Source: a bacterium (lineage in GTDB: Bacteria > Chloroflexota > Anaerolineae > Aggregatilineales > Phototrophicaceae). From it: a DNA stretch of 64,000 nt. The translations under genes were made by a program, and so were the position numbers. Shown one piece after another: positions 48,196 to 57,972 of this stretch (positions are counted from its first letter, which is position 1; every line of letters starts with the position of its first letter). Below the pieces are notes generated by a model, which saw only the letters and a list, made by a program, of their open reading frames with translations, was not told the origin of the DNA and did not search any database. The stretch is from positions 8,943 through 72,942 of the forward strand of contig JANRLJ010000218.1 of the NCBI GenBank assembly GCA_033762735.1, given 5' to 3'.

Positions 48196-49074
48196 TCAGG
48201 TGCGTACCTGCTGCGCGAGGAAGTCGGCCACGCGGAGGGGTTTGCGCCCGGTCAGGTCTTCCACCGCGCTGGACACGATGGCGAGCCTGCCCTGCGCCGC
48301 CGCTGTGTCAAACGAGACGATCATACGAGCGAACATTTCGGGGATGCCCGCATTGACAAGATTTTCCGTCAGCACTTCAGGCGGGAGCGGCACGTAGGTG
48401 AGGGGCTGTCCATCCAGCGCAGCGCCAATCGCGGCGATGTCGGCGTAGGACAGCGGTTCGGGGCCGGTCACGTCGAGGATACGCCGCTCTTCAAACGACG
48501 ATGCCAGCGCTGCCGCCGCCGCACGGGCACAGTCTTCCCGCGTGACAAAAGCGATTTTGCCATCGCCCGCCGCGCTAAACAGATTGCCCCCCAGCGAATG
48601 CGCCTGTTCCAGTGTGCGCGACACACCATCGGCATACAGATTATTGCGCAGAACGGTATAACCGAGCGGGCTGGCTTCCAGCGCTGCTTCGGTGACGGCG
48701 TGATCTTCCGCAATCAGAATGGGCGTGTTGGTGGCTTCGGTCAGCGAGGTATAAACGACATGCTTCACGCCCGCCTGTACAGCCGCCTGAACCGCGTCGG
48801 TGTGCTGCTTCTGGCGGTGTCCTGGTGCATCGAGTGTATCGGTGCTGATGAGCAGCAGTCGATCTGCGCCTGCGAAGGCCGCCGGGAGCGCTTCCGGCTG
48901 GTCAAAACTGGCCTCCCGAACGGTGACACCTCTGGCGGCGAAATCGGCCAGTTTTTCCGGGGTGCGGGTGGTGGCGATCAGCCGAGTCTCACCCGCTTCC
49001 AGCAGCAGTTCCAGCACCCGCCGTCCGAGATGACCCGAAGCGCCTGTAACGAGTAACGTTTGTCCTGTGGTCAT
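48196..49074 (-). CDS. NmrA-like NAD(P)-binding oxidoreductase
   Basis: N-terminal Rossmann motif LLVTGASGHLG. It is divergent from an HxlR regulator, which is the classic pairing. Confidence 0.75.
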   Translation of the reverse strand: MTTGQTLLVTGASGHLGRRVLELLLEAGETRLIATTRTPEKLADFAARGVTVREASFDQPEALPAAFAGADRLLLISTDTLDAPGHRQKQHTDAVQAAVQAGVKHVVYTSLTEATNTPILIAEDHAVTEAALEASPLGYTVLRNNLYADGVSRTLEQAHSLGGNLFSAAGDGKIAFVTREDCARAAAAALASSFEERRILDVTGPEPLSYADIAAIGAALDGQPLTYVPLPPEVLTENLVNAGIPEMFARMIVSFDTAAAQGRLAIVSSAVEDLTGRKPLRVADFLAQQVRT

Positions 49075-49273
49075 GATAAACCCTTTCTCAATCCATCAAA
49101 GGGAGTGGTAAAAATCCAGGAGATGTACGGGCGTAGCGCGCTACGCCCCTACCATTTATCTCCTCAGAATTCACCACTCTGCCATCAAATCATCCAATGG
49201 TTACTTTAAGTGACCTGGTATATGATGGGAAGTAGGCACTTTGATGTTCGTCAGTTACCTGAGGGAAACCAGT

Positions 49274-49705
49274 ATGACGGCTGAACCGACCGGATTACGC
49301 AAGTGGAGTGAGATGTACAGCGAAGCGTATTCGTCCGATTGTCCGGTGCGGCAGGCGCTCGACCGTCTGGGTGGCAAATGGACGACGCTCATTATCGGGA
49401 TGCTGGAAGATGGGCCGAAGCGGTTTTCCGAACTGCGGCGCGGGATTCACGGCATTTCACAGAAAATGCTGACGCAAACGCTACGCAGCCTCGAACGCGA
49501 CGGACTCATCAAACGAACGCTGTACCCGGAAGTGCCGCCGCGTGTGGAGTATGAACTGACTCCGCTCGGCGAGACGCTGTGCGAACCCATCGCCGCCATC
49601 ATCCGCTGGACGGAAGCGCACATTGATGAAGTGACCGCCGCGCAGGTGCGTTACGATGCGGCGGAAACATCGGGCGTGGTGGCGGTCGTGCAGCCAGAGG
49701 CGTGA
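49274..49705 (+). CDS. HxlR family transcriptional regulator
   Basis: HxlR wHTH signature (CPVRQALDRLGGKWTTLII...RFSELRR...ISQKMLTQTLRSLERDGLI). The ATG at 49274 lies 7 nt after GAGGGA. Confidence 0.8.
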   Translation: MTAEPTGLRKWSEMYSEAYSSDCPVRQALDRLGGKWTTLIIGMLEDGPKRFSELRRGIHGISQKMLTQTLRSLERDGLIKRTLYPEVPPRVEYELTPLGETLCEPIAAIIRWTEAHIDEVTAAQVRYDAAETSGVVAVVQPEA

Positions 49706-49739
49706 GAGGGGCGAGTCTGGAAACCCGCCCCTGAGAATG

Positions 49740-50354
49740 TTATTGCAGGCTGTTGGCTGCGTTGAGATCAGCGATCAGGTCTTCGGCGGCGGGATTGCCC
49801 GTCAGCAGCCCGGTCGTGGTGCCGTCGGGACGGATGATGAAATGCGGCTGCGTGGGCGGCACGGTGATGCTTAACCCGAACTGATCGCGCAGGGCGGCCA
49901 GCAGTTCCGGCGTCATGACCGCGAACGTCCAGGGAAAGGCTTCATCCTCGGCATAGGCGGCGAGATCGGCGGCGGTGTCGTTCGTCTCAATCGTGAGCGA
50001 GACGAACACAAACTGATTGGAGTCCATCTGGGGGTACACCTGGTCGCGCACACGGCGCTGACTGATACGGCAGTTCGTTCACCACCGCGCCATCGGGTGG
50101 ACGAAGACCGTCTTCCCGGCGAAATCGGCCAGGGTGAAGGTCTGCCCGGTGCGGGCGTCCGTCAGCGGCAGCCGCGTCCAGTCCGCGCCCTGATAGGCCA
50201 CACTTCCCGGTGCGCTGGCCTGGGTCGTCGCTTCCGGTTCACGTGTAGGGGCATTGGTCGGCGTGGGAGTCGATCTGCTCCCGCCGCAGGCCGCCAGCAA
50301 CAGCAGCGCGACCAGTGCCGACAAAAGGGTCAAAATTCGTCTGAGCATCAGCAT
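49740..50354 (-). CDS. TlpA/ResA-like thioredoxin-fold lipoprotein with in-frame TGA at CxxC position (candidate selenoprotein, U-T-N-C motif)
   Basis: ORFs 50079..50354 and 49740..50051 are in the same frame, separated only by the TGA at 50079-50081. The read-through protein is a lipoprotein (LAAC lipobox) with FAGKTVFVHPMARW-[TGA]-TNCR, matching the redoxin W-C-x-x-C. The C-terminal thioredoxin-fold pattern ITVPPTQPHFIIRPDG follows. Confidence 0.6.
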
Positions 50355-50645
50355 CCTTTCCAGTAAGAAAATTCCTATCAGGACTTACGCACTTAAAAGT
50401 CGCTTCTCTCGTAAGGGCGGGTTTCAAACCCGCCCCTACAACCGACGGCTTGCGTAAGTTCTACAGTTTTGGTGTTTGCATCGGGCAGAGGCAGGGACAC
50501 GAGCGCCGTATGAACGATGCGCTGTATCCCCGCCGCTGGCAACCGATCACTCGCAATTGAGATTGTGGCGCAGGGTGATTAAAATTTGATAACGCCGGGG
50601 TGAACCTCTTGAACTGCCAGGACGCACAGGACGCTACGAAAATTA

Positions 50646-51701
50646 TCAATACACCAGTCCACGTGCCGCTACAGGCCATTCGACCTCGACCTCGCCTTCC
50701 CACACACCGCCGCGCACGCCGTAAATCTGGTTGTGCAGATTCGTCACGACGCAGGTATGCACCGGGATCACATGGACGCGCTCGCCGATGACGGGGCGTT
50801 CCTCACACGCGCTGAAATCACAGTGGGCGTGTTCCTCGCTCAGCTTATAGATGCGGGCTTCTGGATATTCCAGGATGTAGCCGTGTACACCGTTGGCCGC
50901 ATCCGCCGCCAGCGTCTTGCTGCCGGAGTCCAGAATCACCCGGTCGGTTGTCGGACGGCTGACCACCGTCGCGGCGATGCGCATGGCGCAGTCATCGAGC
51001 GTACACCAGCCCTTTGTCATGCTGCCATAGTCGCCGAAAACATACGTCCCCACGCGCAGTTCGGTCAGTTCGGGCATCTGATCGGCAAAACGCGCCGCGC
51101 CAAAGCCGCCGCCGCTGACCACATCGACACCGATCCCGGCGGCGTCCAGCAGCGCCAGCGTTTCCTGCAAGGCGGGGCGGGCTTCGGGGTCGGAGGGATA
51201 TACGAGAATTCCGGCGAAGTGCAGGTTTTCGTCACCTTCGATGCGCTCGGCCATCGTGACGATCTCGTGCGGTTCGGCTCCGGTGCGCTGCAAGGCCGTC
51301 CCCAGATCGAGCAGCACCCGCAGCGCCATATCCTCGGCTTTCGCGGCGTCGGCTAACCCGGCCAGCACCATCGGATGATCGGCGCTGACGGTCACGCGGT
51401 TATACAGCGCCAGATCGACCAGCCGCCGCGTCTTCTTTTCGCCCACGATGTTGTAGGGAATCTGAATGTCATTGAAGCCGGCCTGCGCGAAGACTTCCGC
51501 CTCGCTCACCTTCTGGCAGGCGATTCCGACCGCGCCTGCCTCAAGCTGCATCCGCGCGATGGCGGGGATTTTGTGCGTTTTGGTGTGTGGGCGGAACTTC
51601 AGGCCGAGGGTGTTGCAATAGGCCTGCATCCGCCGGATGTTGGCTTCCATGATGTCGAGATCAATCAGCACGCTGGGCGTGTCGAGTTCAGCCGCAAACA
51701 T
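50646..51701 (-). CDS. PLP-dependent alanine racemase-fold enzyme (D-threonine aldolase / D-serine dehydratase-like)
   Basis: Alr N-terminal domain pattern with a PLP-lysine region (RPHTKTHK), as in the DSD1 family. Confidence 0.6.
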   Translation of the reverse strand: MFAAELDTPSVLIDLDIMEANIRRMQAYCNTLGLKFRPHTKTHKIPAIARMQLEAGAVGIACQKVSEAEVFAQAGFNDIQIPYNIVGEKKTRRLVDLALYNRVTVSADHPMVLAGLADAAKAEDMALRVLLDLGTALQRTGAEPHEIVTMAERIEGDENLHFAGILVYPSDPEARPALQETLALLDAAGIGVDVVSGGGFGAARFADQMPELTELRVGTYVFGDYGSMTKGWCTLDDCAMRIAATVVSRPTTDRVILDSGSKTLAADAANGVHGYILEYPEARIYKLSEEHAHCDFSACEERPVIGERVHVIPVHTCVVTNLHNQIYGVRGGVWEGEVEVEWPVAARGLVY

Positions 51702-51744
51702 AGGGAATCCCTGTTTCGTTGGTATGGTTTGACAGGATAGCGAT

Positions 51745-51910
51745 TATAGCATCGGGAGTACTGAGTACCGAGTCGAAAGTATTGAGTGGGGAGTGCCGAG
51801 TACCGAGTACCGAGTCGAAAGTACCGAGCGGAAAGCGTGGTGCTGCGAGGTTGATTGAACGACTCGGCAGATGTTGTCGTAGGGACACGGCATGCCGTGT
51901 CCAGCGAGGC
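51745..51910. repeat. GAGTACCGAGT satellite plus GTAGGGACACGGCATGCCGTGTCC palindrome
   Basis: GAGTACCGAGT occurs four times at 51750-51830 and the palindrome lies at 51879-51902. The same composite occurs at 27619-27700, 38431-38545 and 58840-58875. Confidence 0.85.
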
Positions 51911-52309
51911 CAGAGGTCTTGATGCCCCGCAGCGATGTGTGCTCTTTAATCTCTGCGTTCTCCGCGTCCTGGTGGTCTTCCAGAAGAGGTCATTGAGTCT
52001 CTCCGCCACACGTTAAAACGTGCGGCTCCAAACCGCCAAGCGCACTAAAGGCGCTGTTTATAAACCTTAATGAGCTTTTTAGCCCCTTCAGTGGGCTTGG
52101 TTTTTCGGCAGCCAGTAGGCTTTAGCCACTGGCGGGAAACATAAGCTGTAATTGGATAAAGTCGAGTTTAATGGACTTGGCCTTTGCGCGAACGAAGTTC
52201 GCACGTAGCCGGATGTTTTAGAGTCTGGCGAGTGGTCGGAAGTTCTTAATAGGAACGCAAAAGGGGCGCACCCTGTGGTACGCCCCTGCTGAAATTGCGT
52301 TCATCCGCT

Positions 52310-53080
52310 TCAGTTAATGGGGAAGAAGCCCGCGCCCGTCTTGGAGCACTGCGCACGGCGGGCGGCCTGCCCCGCAGCGAGCACCTGCGTCACCTGCTGG
52401 TTGATCGTGCAGGACTGCCACAGGACGATCTGCGGTTCCATGCGGATCGAGCCGATGTCGGGCGAGTTCCACACGCCGTCGGAGACATAGCACTGCGACT
52501 GATGCAGGCGCTGCTGGATGCAGCGGGTGTAATCGCCGTAGCGCGTGACCACCGAGGTGCTGCCGACAGGCGCGGCAGGTACGGCGGGCGTGGTCGGGAC
52601 AATCACGACGCCACCGCCGCTGATGGCCTGCCAGCTCAGCGAAACCGACGCAGCGCCGCCCCGTTCGCGATAGTCGATCTGGATGAAGTGTGTGCCTGCC
52701 GTCAGCGCCACATCCGCTGTGTAGACGCGCCCGGCCTGTCCCGCGTCCATTGTGTTCAGCACAACCGCGTTGTTCATCCGCAGCGTGAACTCATCGTCGG
52801 CCTGGATGCTGAAGCGGTAGGTTCCGGCGGCGAAGGTCTGGCTGCTGGTGATGCGGGCGCTGAAGTTATCCGCCTGCACATTGGCGGCAGGTGCGCCCGT
52901 CCCCCAGTTGAAGTTGGGGGAGGGGATTTGCAGGCTGGCGACAGCGCTGCCGCTCAGGTAGATGTTGTTAAAGAAATCGACGCGCCAGGTTCCAGCGGAC
53001 TGCGCTCCGGCTGGCAGCACGGCCAGAACGCACAGACAGATGATGGTCAGGACAATGGGCAGAAAACGCCGCGTGTTCAT
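52310..53080 (-). CDS. Secreted PA14-like domain protein
   Basis: The ATG at 53080 (GAGGAG upstream) is followed by a signal peptide. The protein is paralogous to the N-terminal half of 38545..39654 (WRVDFFNN, TYRFSIQADDEF). Confidence 0.55.
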   Translation of the reverse strand: MNTRRFLPIVLTIICLCVLAVLPAGAQSAGTWRVDFFNNIYLSGSAVASLQIPSPNFNWGTGAPAANVQADNFSARITSSQTFAAGTYRFSIQADDEFTLRMNNAVVLNTMDAGQAGRVYTADVALTAGTHFIQIDYRERGGAASVSLSWQAISGGGVVIVPTTPAVPAAPVGSTSVVTRYGDYTRCIQQRLHQSQCYVSDGVWNSPDIGSIRMEPQIVLWQSCTINQQVTQVLAAGQAARRAQCSKTGAGFFPIN

Positions 53081-53489
53081 GATGATGGTACTCCTCAACT
53101 CGGTTGACTGCGTTCATGAGTGAGGACGACCCACTGTAAAATTTTGTTTCCACAATCCGCCTTCCGGCAGGGCAAATCCGTCGAAGGTCGGAGATAACGC
53201 CGACTCAGGGCGAAGGGGGAGAAAAGCGAGTCATAGGTAGCCACCCAACCCTATCCACCACACACCCTAACCACATCCTTACGAAACCTCAACACAAGGG
53301 GAATTTACCCATCCTCCGTTCTGCCCGAAAATAAACATAGGTTTAATCGATATATCGATGAGAGACATAACGTTGATGTTAAAACGTTTTCAAACGAAAA
53401 AACTTTCATCCCCCCGCCTCTCTTCTCACTCAGGACGAGGGGGTAGAGCCTTATTCTTAAGCCCCTCTCCTTTGGGAGAGGGGTTTGGG

Positions 53490-56400
53490 GTGAGGGCAAA
53501 ACTGCTGTGGCTGGTCGGGCTGGCACTGCTGCTGATGCCTGCCATCAATGCGCAGACGGCGCAGGCTGCTTATACTGCCCGCATTCAGGGCACGGTATTG
53601 GATGCTGCCAGCGGTGCGCCCATCGAAAACGCCGAAATCAGCGTGGCGGGGGGCTATCGCACCTTCAGCGCACCGGATGGCACGTTCGCATTTGAGGCTG
53701 TCGCGCTGACGGAAGCGGTCGGCGTGGTGACGGTCACGGTCTCGGCGGAAAGCTATGGCACATACACCCTTCAGGATACGCCGATTCTGGGTAATGATAC
53801 GATGCTGCTCACGGTGGAACTGACCGCCGAGGCGCAGTTCTATGACGCGGGCGGGTTGCAGTCAATCTCGCAGGTGAGCGACCCCACCGCGCTCGACGAA
53901 CCGCAGCTTTATGATGAGTTCACCGCCCAGGCCGATTCCGCAGTGGGCGGGAATGAGCCGTTCTTCTGGTCGCACAGCGTCATCCCGCCCACCATTCGCG
54001 TCGCGATTTCAGGCCGCACCCGATGCGGTGAGCGCAACAGCAGCGGCGTCTTTGTCTATTATCCGGTGCAGCGCGTGGATACGCTGGACTTCAAGCAGTA
54101 CACGAAGAACGTGCTGCCGTCGGAATGGATCAATTCATGGAATGGGGCATCGCTGCGCGCCGGGGCGGTGGCCGTGAAGATGTACGCCTGGTGGAAGATC
54201 AACATCGGCCCGCGCACCCGCGACGGCTTTACGTTTGATGTATGGGGCGACACCTGCGACCAGATGTACATTCCGGGGCGCGAGTTCGCCTCCACCAACG
54301 CCGCCATTGAGGACACCTGGAACTACATCATGCGCTTCAACGGGCAGGTGGGGCGCATCCACTACACTGCGACGGATGAGGTCTGTCAGGCCAATAACCT
54401 TTCACCCTGTATGTCACAGTGGGGGTCGAAAGCGCTGGGCGACCAGGGCTACGACTGGGGCGCGATTCTACGTCATTACTACGGCAGCAGCGTGGAGATT
54501 CTATTCGTCGGTGGGCCGCCCGCCGCCAACACCAACCTCGTGCGCAACAGCAATTTCAGCGGCGGCACGACCGAATGGACGACCAGCGGCGACATGCCCA
54601 CACCCTCCACCGTCAACGGGGCGCTTTCCGTCTCGCGGGGGAGCGGGGGCGGCGTGGTCTATCAGCCGCTCGGCTATTCAGCGCAGTTCGGGTGGCCGTT
54701 CAACATTCAGCTTGATCTGAGCAACCAGAGCAGCGGGGTCAAAACTGTGACCGTGCGGCTGCGGGCGACCGACTCCGAGGCGGGCGCGATTGCCTGCACC
54801 TTCCCCCTGCCCGCCAGCACCGGAATGCAGACCTATCTGATGCAGGGCGTGGCCGGGGCGACATGGTCAGGGCTGCGCTTCGAGGTGGTGCTGGACACCC
54901 CCGACAGCACCATCTGGATTGACAACGTGTATGCCGCCTACAGCCCGGCGCTGGGCGTGACACAGACGCAGTGCATCCGTCCCGCGCCGCTCAATGATCT
55001 GTTCATCAATCGGACGGCGCTCCCGGCGGAAGGCACGACCACCAGCTATGCCCTCAACGGCGCCTCCGTCAGCCAGGACGATCCCGCCCTGACCTGCCTG
55101 GGCAGCCCGCGTGACTATGCCGACTCGGTCTGGTTCCAGTACACGCCCGGTGCCAGCGGAACGGTGCAGTTCAACACGGCGGGCAGCAACTTTGACGGGG
55201 TACTGGCGGTCTTTACCGGGAACAGCCCCGGCAGCCTGACGCAGATCGGCTGTAACGACAATTTCAGCAGTCAGACCCGCACGGCCTATCTCTCGCTCAA
55301 TCTCAGCGGCGGCACGACCTATACGGTGCTGCTGGCGCGGCGGGGCGCGGCGGCTTCCTCCCTGACGCTGATGACGCTCAACGTGAATCGGCTGGGGCTG
55401 CTGGCGCCCGGTGGCAGCGTCACCGCCAACAATGGCAACCCGACTTATATCTGGCCGAACGTCAGCGCCGATTACTATTACCTGTATGTGGCCGTTTATG
55501 GCGGCGCACAGGTCATCAACGAAGTGCTGGCCTCCAACACCACGCTGTGCAGCGGTGCCCTGTGCCAGCTTGACGCGACAACCCTGCGCGATCAGTATCG
55601 GCTCAACGTCGGCTCGTATGTGGTCTATATGAACACCTGGAAGAACGGTACGCCCGGCGCGGTCGTGGGGCCGTTCGTGTTCACGGTGCAGGCCAACCCG
55701 CCCGGTCTGGTCACGATGGGCGCGGTCACGGGGACGGATACCTCCCGCCCGACCTTCAACTGGACGCTGAACGATGCCGCTGCGACCGCAACACGCTTCT
55801 GGCTGTATCTCGCGCCGAGCGCCAATCTGGGTGCGCCCGTCTTCCATCAGGAATTCAGCCGCGCCCAGGCCTGCGGCAGCAGCAGCGGGACGACCTGCGG
55901 CGTACCTTCCCCGGTCGATCTGCCTAACGGTGTGGGCTACAGCGCCTTCGTGGGTGCCTGCGGTGTGGGTGGATGCGCCACCACAGGCGGGCCGTATAAC
56001 AATGGCTACGCTGGCCCGGCCACGTTTGCGGTCGGTGTCCCGCAGCCCAATCTGCCCGCCGATTTCCGCGTCGAAGTCAATCAGGGACGCCCCACGCTGA
56101 TCTGGGACGATGACCCCAAAGCCGTGCGCTACAGCGTCGCCATCAGCACTGAGGCATGGCGCTGGCTGTACTTCCAGCCACACCCGCGTACCGAAGCGCT
56201 TTGCAGCGGCGGGGAGTGCCGCCTGACACCCGATCTGAACGTCACCAACGGACGCTATCACTATTACGTGAATGCTGAGGGTGTCGGTGGTGCATCGACA
56301 GGGGGACCGTACAACAACGGCTATGCGGCGGTGGAATTCGTCGAAATCAACTTCGCCGCGCCCACCGCACCGGGGACCTTTATCGCGCCCGTTGGGAACA

Positions 56401-57842
56401 TCACCAGCGCGAACCCGACCTTTGAATGGCCGACGCAGCCGGGCGCGACCGGGTATCAACTGTGGGTGGGGACGGTCACGCCGAGCTTCCAGACGCGCTA
56501 TCTGCAATGGCAGGTGGCGGGCGGCGCGATCTGCACCCCGCATCCGGGCATCTGCCGCGTCAGGCCGACGCTCAACCTGCCGCCGGGTGAATATGCCTGG
56601 AATCTGCTGGCGGCGGGGCCGGGCGGCAGCAGCAGCTGGGGCAGCGGCATGGCCTTCACCATCAGCGGCGGCGCACCCGGCACGTTAACGCTCACTGCAC
56701 CGACAGGCACAATCAGCGTGTTCAACCCTGAATTTACGTGGGTGGATCAGCCCAGCGCCGAGCGCTATCACCTGTGGCTGGGCAACCCCGCCGTGACCGA
56801 GACGCTGCACGACCAGTGGTACAACCGGGCGGATGTGTGCACGTCGGGTGTCTGCCGTGTGATCGTGCCCGCGCTCTCGCTGACCAACCGCGCCTACTTA
56901 TGGAACGTCCGCGCCTCCAATGCGGGCGGAACAGGCGCATGGACTCCGAACGGTCAGTCCTTCACGGTCACTGTGCCGCTGCCCGCCGCGCCGCAAATGC
57001 TCGCCCCAGCGGACGATGCCGTGATCCATGCCACCAACCGCCCCACGTTCAGTTGGACGACCGTATCGAACAGCCAGGGCTACTATCTGCAAGTGCTGGA
57101 CAGCACCAATGTCCCGGTTTACGAGCGCATTCACTACGCCACTGAGGCTGTATGCAGCGCGGAAAGCTGCACCGTGCAGGTCGATCAGCCGATTACCTAC
57201 GGGCTGTACCGCTGGCGTGTGGTGCCGGGCAACGTCAACGGCGCAGGGACGAGCACACCCTGGCGCGATTTCATGGCGCTGTCGGTCAACACACAGCCTA
57301 TGGCGGCGCAGATGGGGGATGCGCGGCTGCTGCGCGAAGGGAACTGGACAGCGACCACCGATGCCGAGGCGTTCGGCGGCGATCTGCTCCAAAACCAGTC
57401 TACAGATGCGGGAATGCCATCGGTGACGCTGAGCTTCATTGGAACACAGGTGGATGTGGTCTATCTGGCCGCGCCGGGACTTGGCTCCTTTACGGTGGAA
57501 ATTGACGGGGTGGCGCTGCAAACGGTAGACACCAACGCGCCGGAAATCCGCTACGGGCAGATTACGACCGTGCGCGGGCTGGCGCAGGGCACACATACCG
57601 TCCGCATCATTGCGCAGGGACAGATCACGCTGGATGCGGTGGTGGTCGATGGCGAGATTCTGACGAGCATCCCTGTCACGCCGACCGCGCCGCCAGCGGT
57701 AGAAGCCACACCAGAAGCAACCCCGGAGCCGACGCCGCTGCCCGTTGAAATCACACCGGAAGCCACGCCGCAGGCTGCGCCGACGGAGCCGCCAGCGGTG
57801 GAAACCACGCCGGAAGCGACCGCCGAATCTTTCGAGGGTTGA
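53490..57842 (+). CDS. Giant secreted multidomain protein with SpoIID/LytB domain, carboxypeptidase-regulatory-like N-domain and multiple Ig/FN3-like repeats
   Basis: The GTG at 53490 is preceded by GGGAGAGGGG and followed by a canonical signal peptide (RAKLLWLVGLALLLMPAINAQTAQA). The SpoIID/LytB region lies around aa 230-380 of the ORF frame (WGDTCDQMY, GYDWGAILRHYYG). The alternative ATG at 53376 would place 40 aa before the signal peptide. Confidence 0.6.
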   Translation: MRAKLLWLVGLALLLMPAINAQTAQAAYTARIQGTVLDAASGAPIENAEISVAGGYRTFSAPDGTFAFEAVALTEAVGVVTVTVSAESYGTYTLQDTPILGNDTMLLTVELTAEAQFYDAGGLQSISQVSDPTALDEPQLYDEFTAQADSAVGGNEPFFWSHSVIPPTIRVAISGRTRCGERNSSGVFVYYPVQRVDTLDFKQYTKNVLPSEWINSWNGASLRAGAVAVKMYAWWKINIGPRTRDGFTFDVWGDTCDQMYIPGREFASTNAAIEDTWNYIMRFNGQVGRIHYTATDEVCQANNLSPCMSQWGSKALGDQGYDWGAILRHYYGSSVEILFVGGPPAANTNLVRNSNFSGGTTEWTTSGDMPTPSTVNGALSVSRGSGGGVVYQPLGYSAQFGWPFNIQLDLSNQSSGVKTVTVRLRATDSEAGAIACTFPLPASTGMQTYLMQGVAGATWSGLRFEVVLDTPDSTIWIDNVYAAYSPALGVTQTQCIRPAPLNDLFINRTALPAEGTTTSYALNGASVSQDDPALTCLGSPRDYADSVWFQYTPGASGTVQFNTAGSNFDGVLAVFTGNSPGSLTQIGCNDNFSSQTRTAYLSLNLSGGTTYTVLLARRGAAASSLTLMTLNVNRLGLLAPGGSVTANNGNPTYIWPNVSADYYYLYVAVYGGAQVINEVLASNTTLCSGALCQLDATTLRDQYRLNVGSYVVYMNTWKNGTPGAVVGPFVFTVQANPPGLVTMGAVTGTDTSRPTFNWTLNDAAATATRFWLYLAPSANLGAPVFHQEFSRAQACGSSSGTTCGVPSPVDLPNGVGYSAFVGACGVGGCATTGGPYNNGYAGPATFAVGVPQPNLPADFRVEVNQGRPTLIWDDDPKAVRYSVAISTEAWRWLYFQPHPRTEALCSGGECRLTPDLNVTNGRYHYYVNAEGVGGASTGGPYNNGYAAVEFVEINFAAPTAPGTFIAPVGNITSANPTFEWPTQPGATGYQLWVGTVTPSFQTRYLQWQVAGGAICTPHPGICRVRPTLNLPPGEYAWNLLAAGPGGSSSWGSGMAFTISGGAPGTLTLTAPTGTISVFNPEFTWVDQPSAERYHLWLGNPAVTETLHDQWYNRADVCTSGVCRVIVPALSLTNRAYLWNVRASNAGGTGAWTPNGQSFTVTVPLPAAPQMLAPADDAVIHATNRPTFSWTTVSNSQGYYLQVLDSTNVPVYERIHYATEAVCSAESCTVQVDQPITYGLYRWRVVPGNVNGAGTSTPWRDFMALSVNTQPMAAQMGDARLLREGNWTATTDAEAFGGDLLQNQSTDAGMPSVTLSFIGTQVDVVYLAAPGLGSFTVEIDGVALQTVDTNAPEIRYGQITTVRGLAQGTHTVRIIAQGQITLDAVVVDGEILTSIPVTPTAPPAVEATPEATPEPTPLPVEITPEATPQAAPTEPPAVETTPEATAESFEG

Positions 57843-57972
57843 TGTATGCCCCCTAACTTCTGGGGGAAAAGGGGTGTCACCCCCCAATCGGGTGGTCACA
57901 TCCCCCCATGCTCAGGCGTTTGATAAAGGTATCAATCGGTACTTCTGAAAACGGATCCCAGAGGACAATCTC

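Noticed and set aside
49740-50051. Stand-alone 103-aa ORF with GTG start (MRDQVYPQ...)
   Set aside because: It is in frame with and contiguous to the upstream ORF across a single TGA. It has no RBS or signal of its own and starts in the middle of a thioredoxin fold. It is better explained as the C-terminal part of a Sec-containing or nonsense-interrupted TlpA-like gene.
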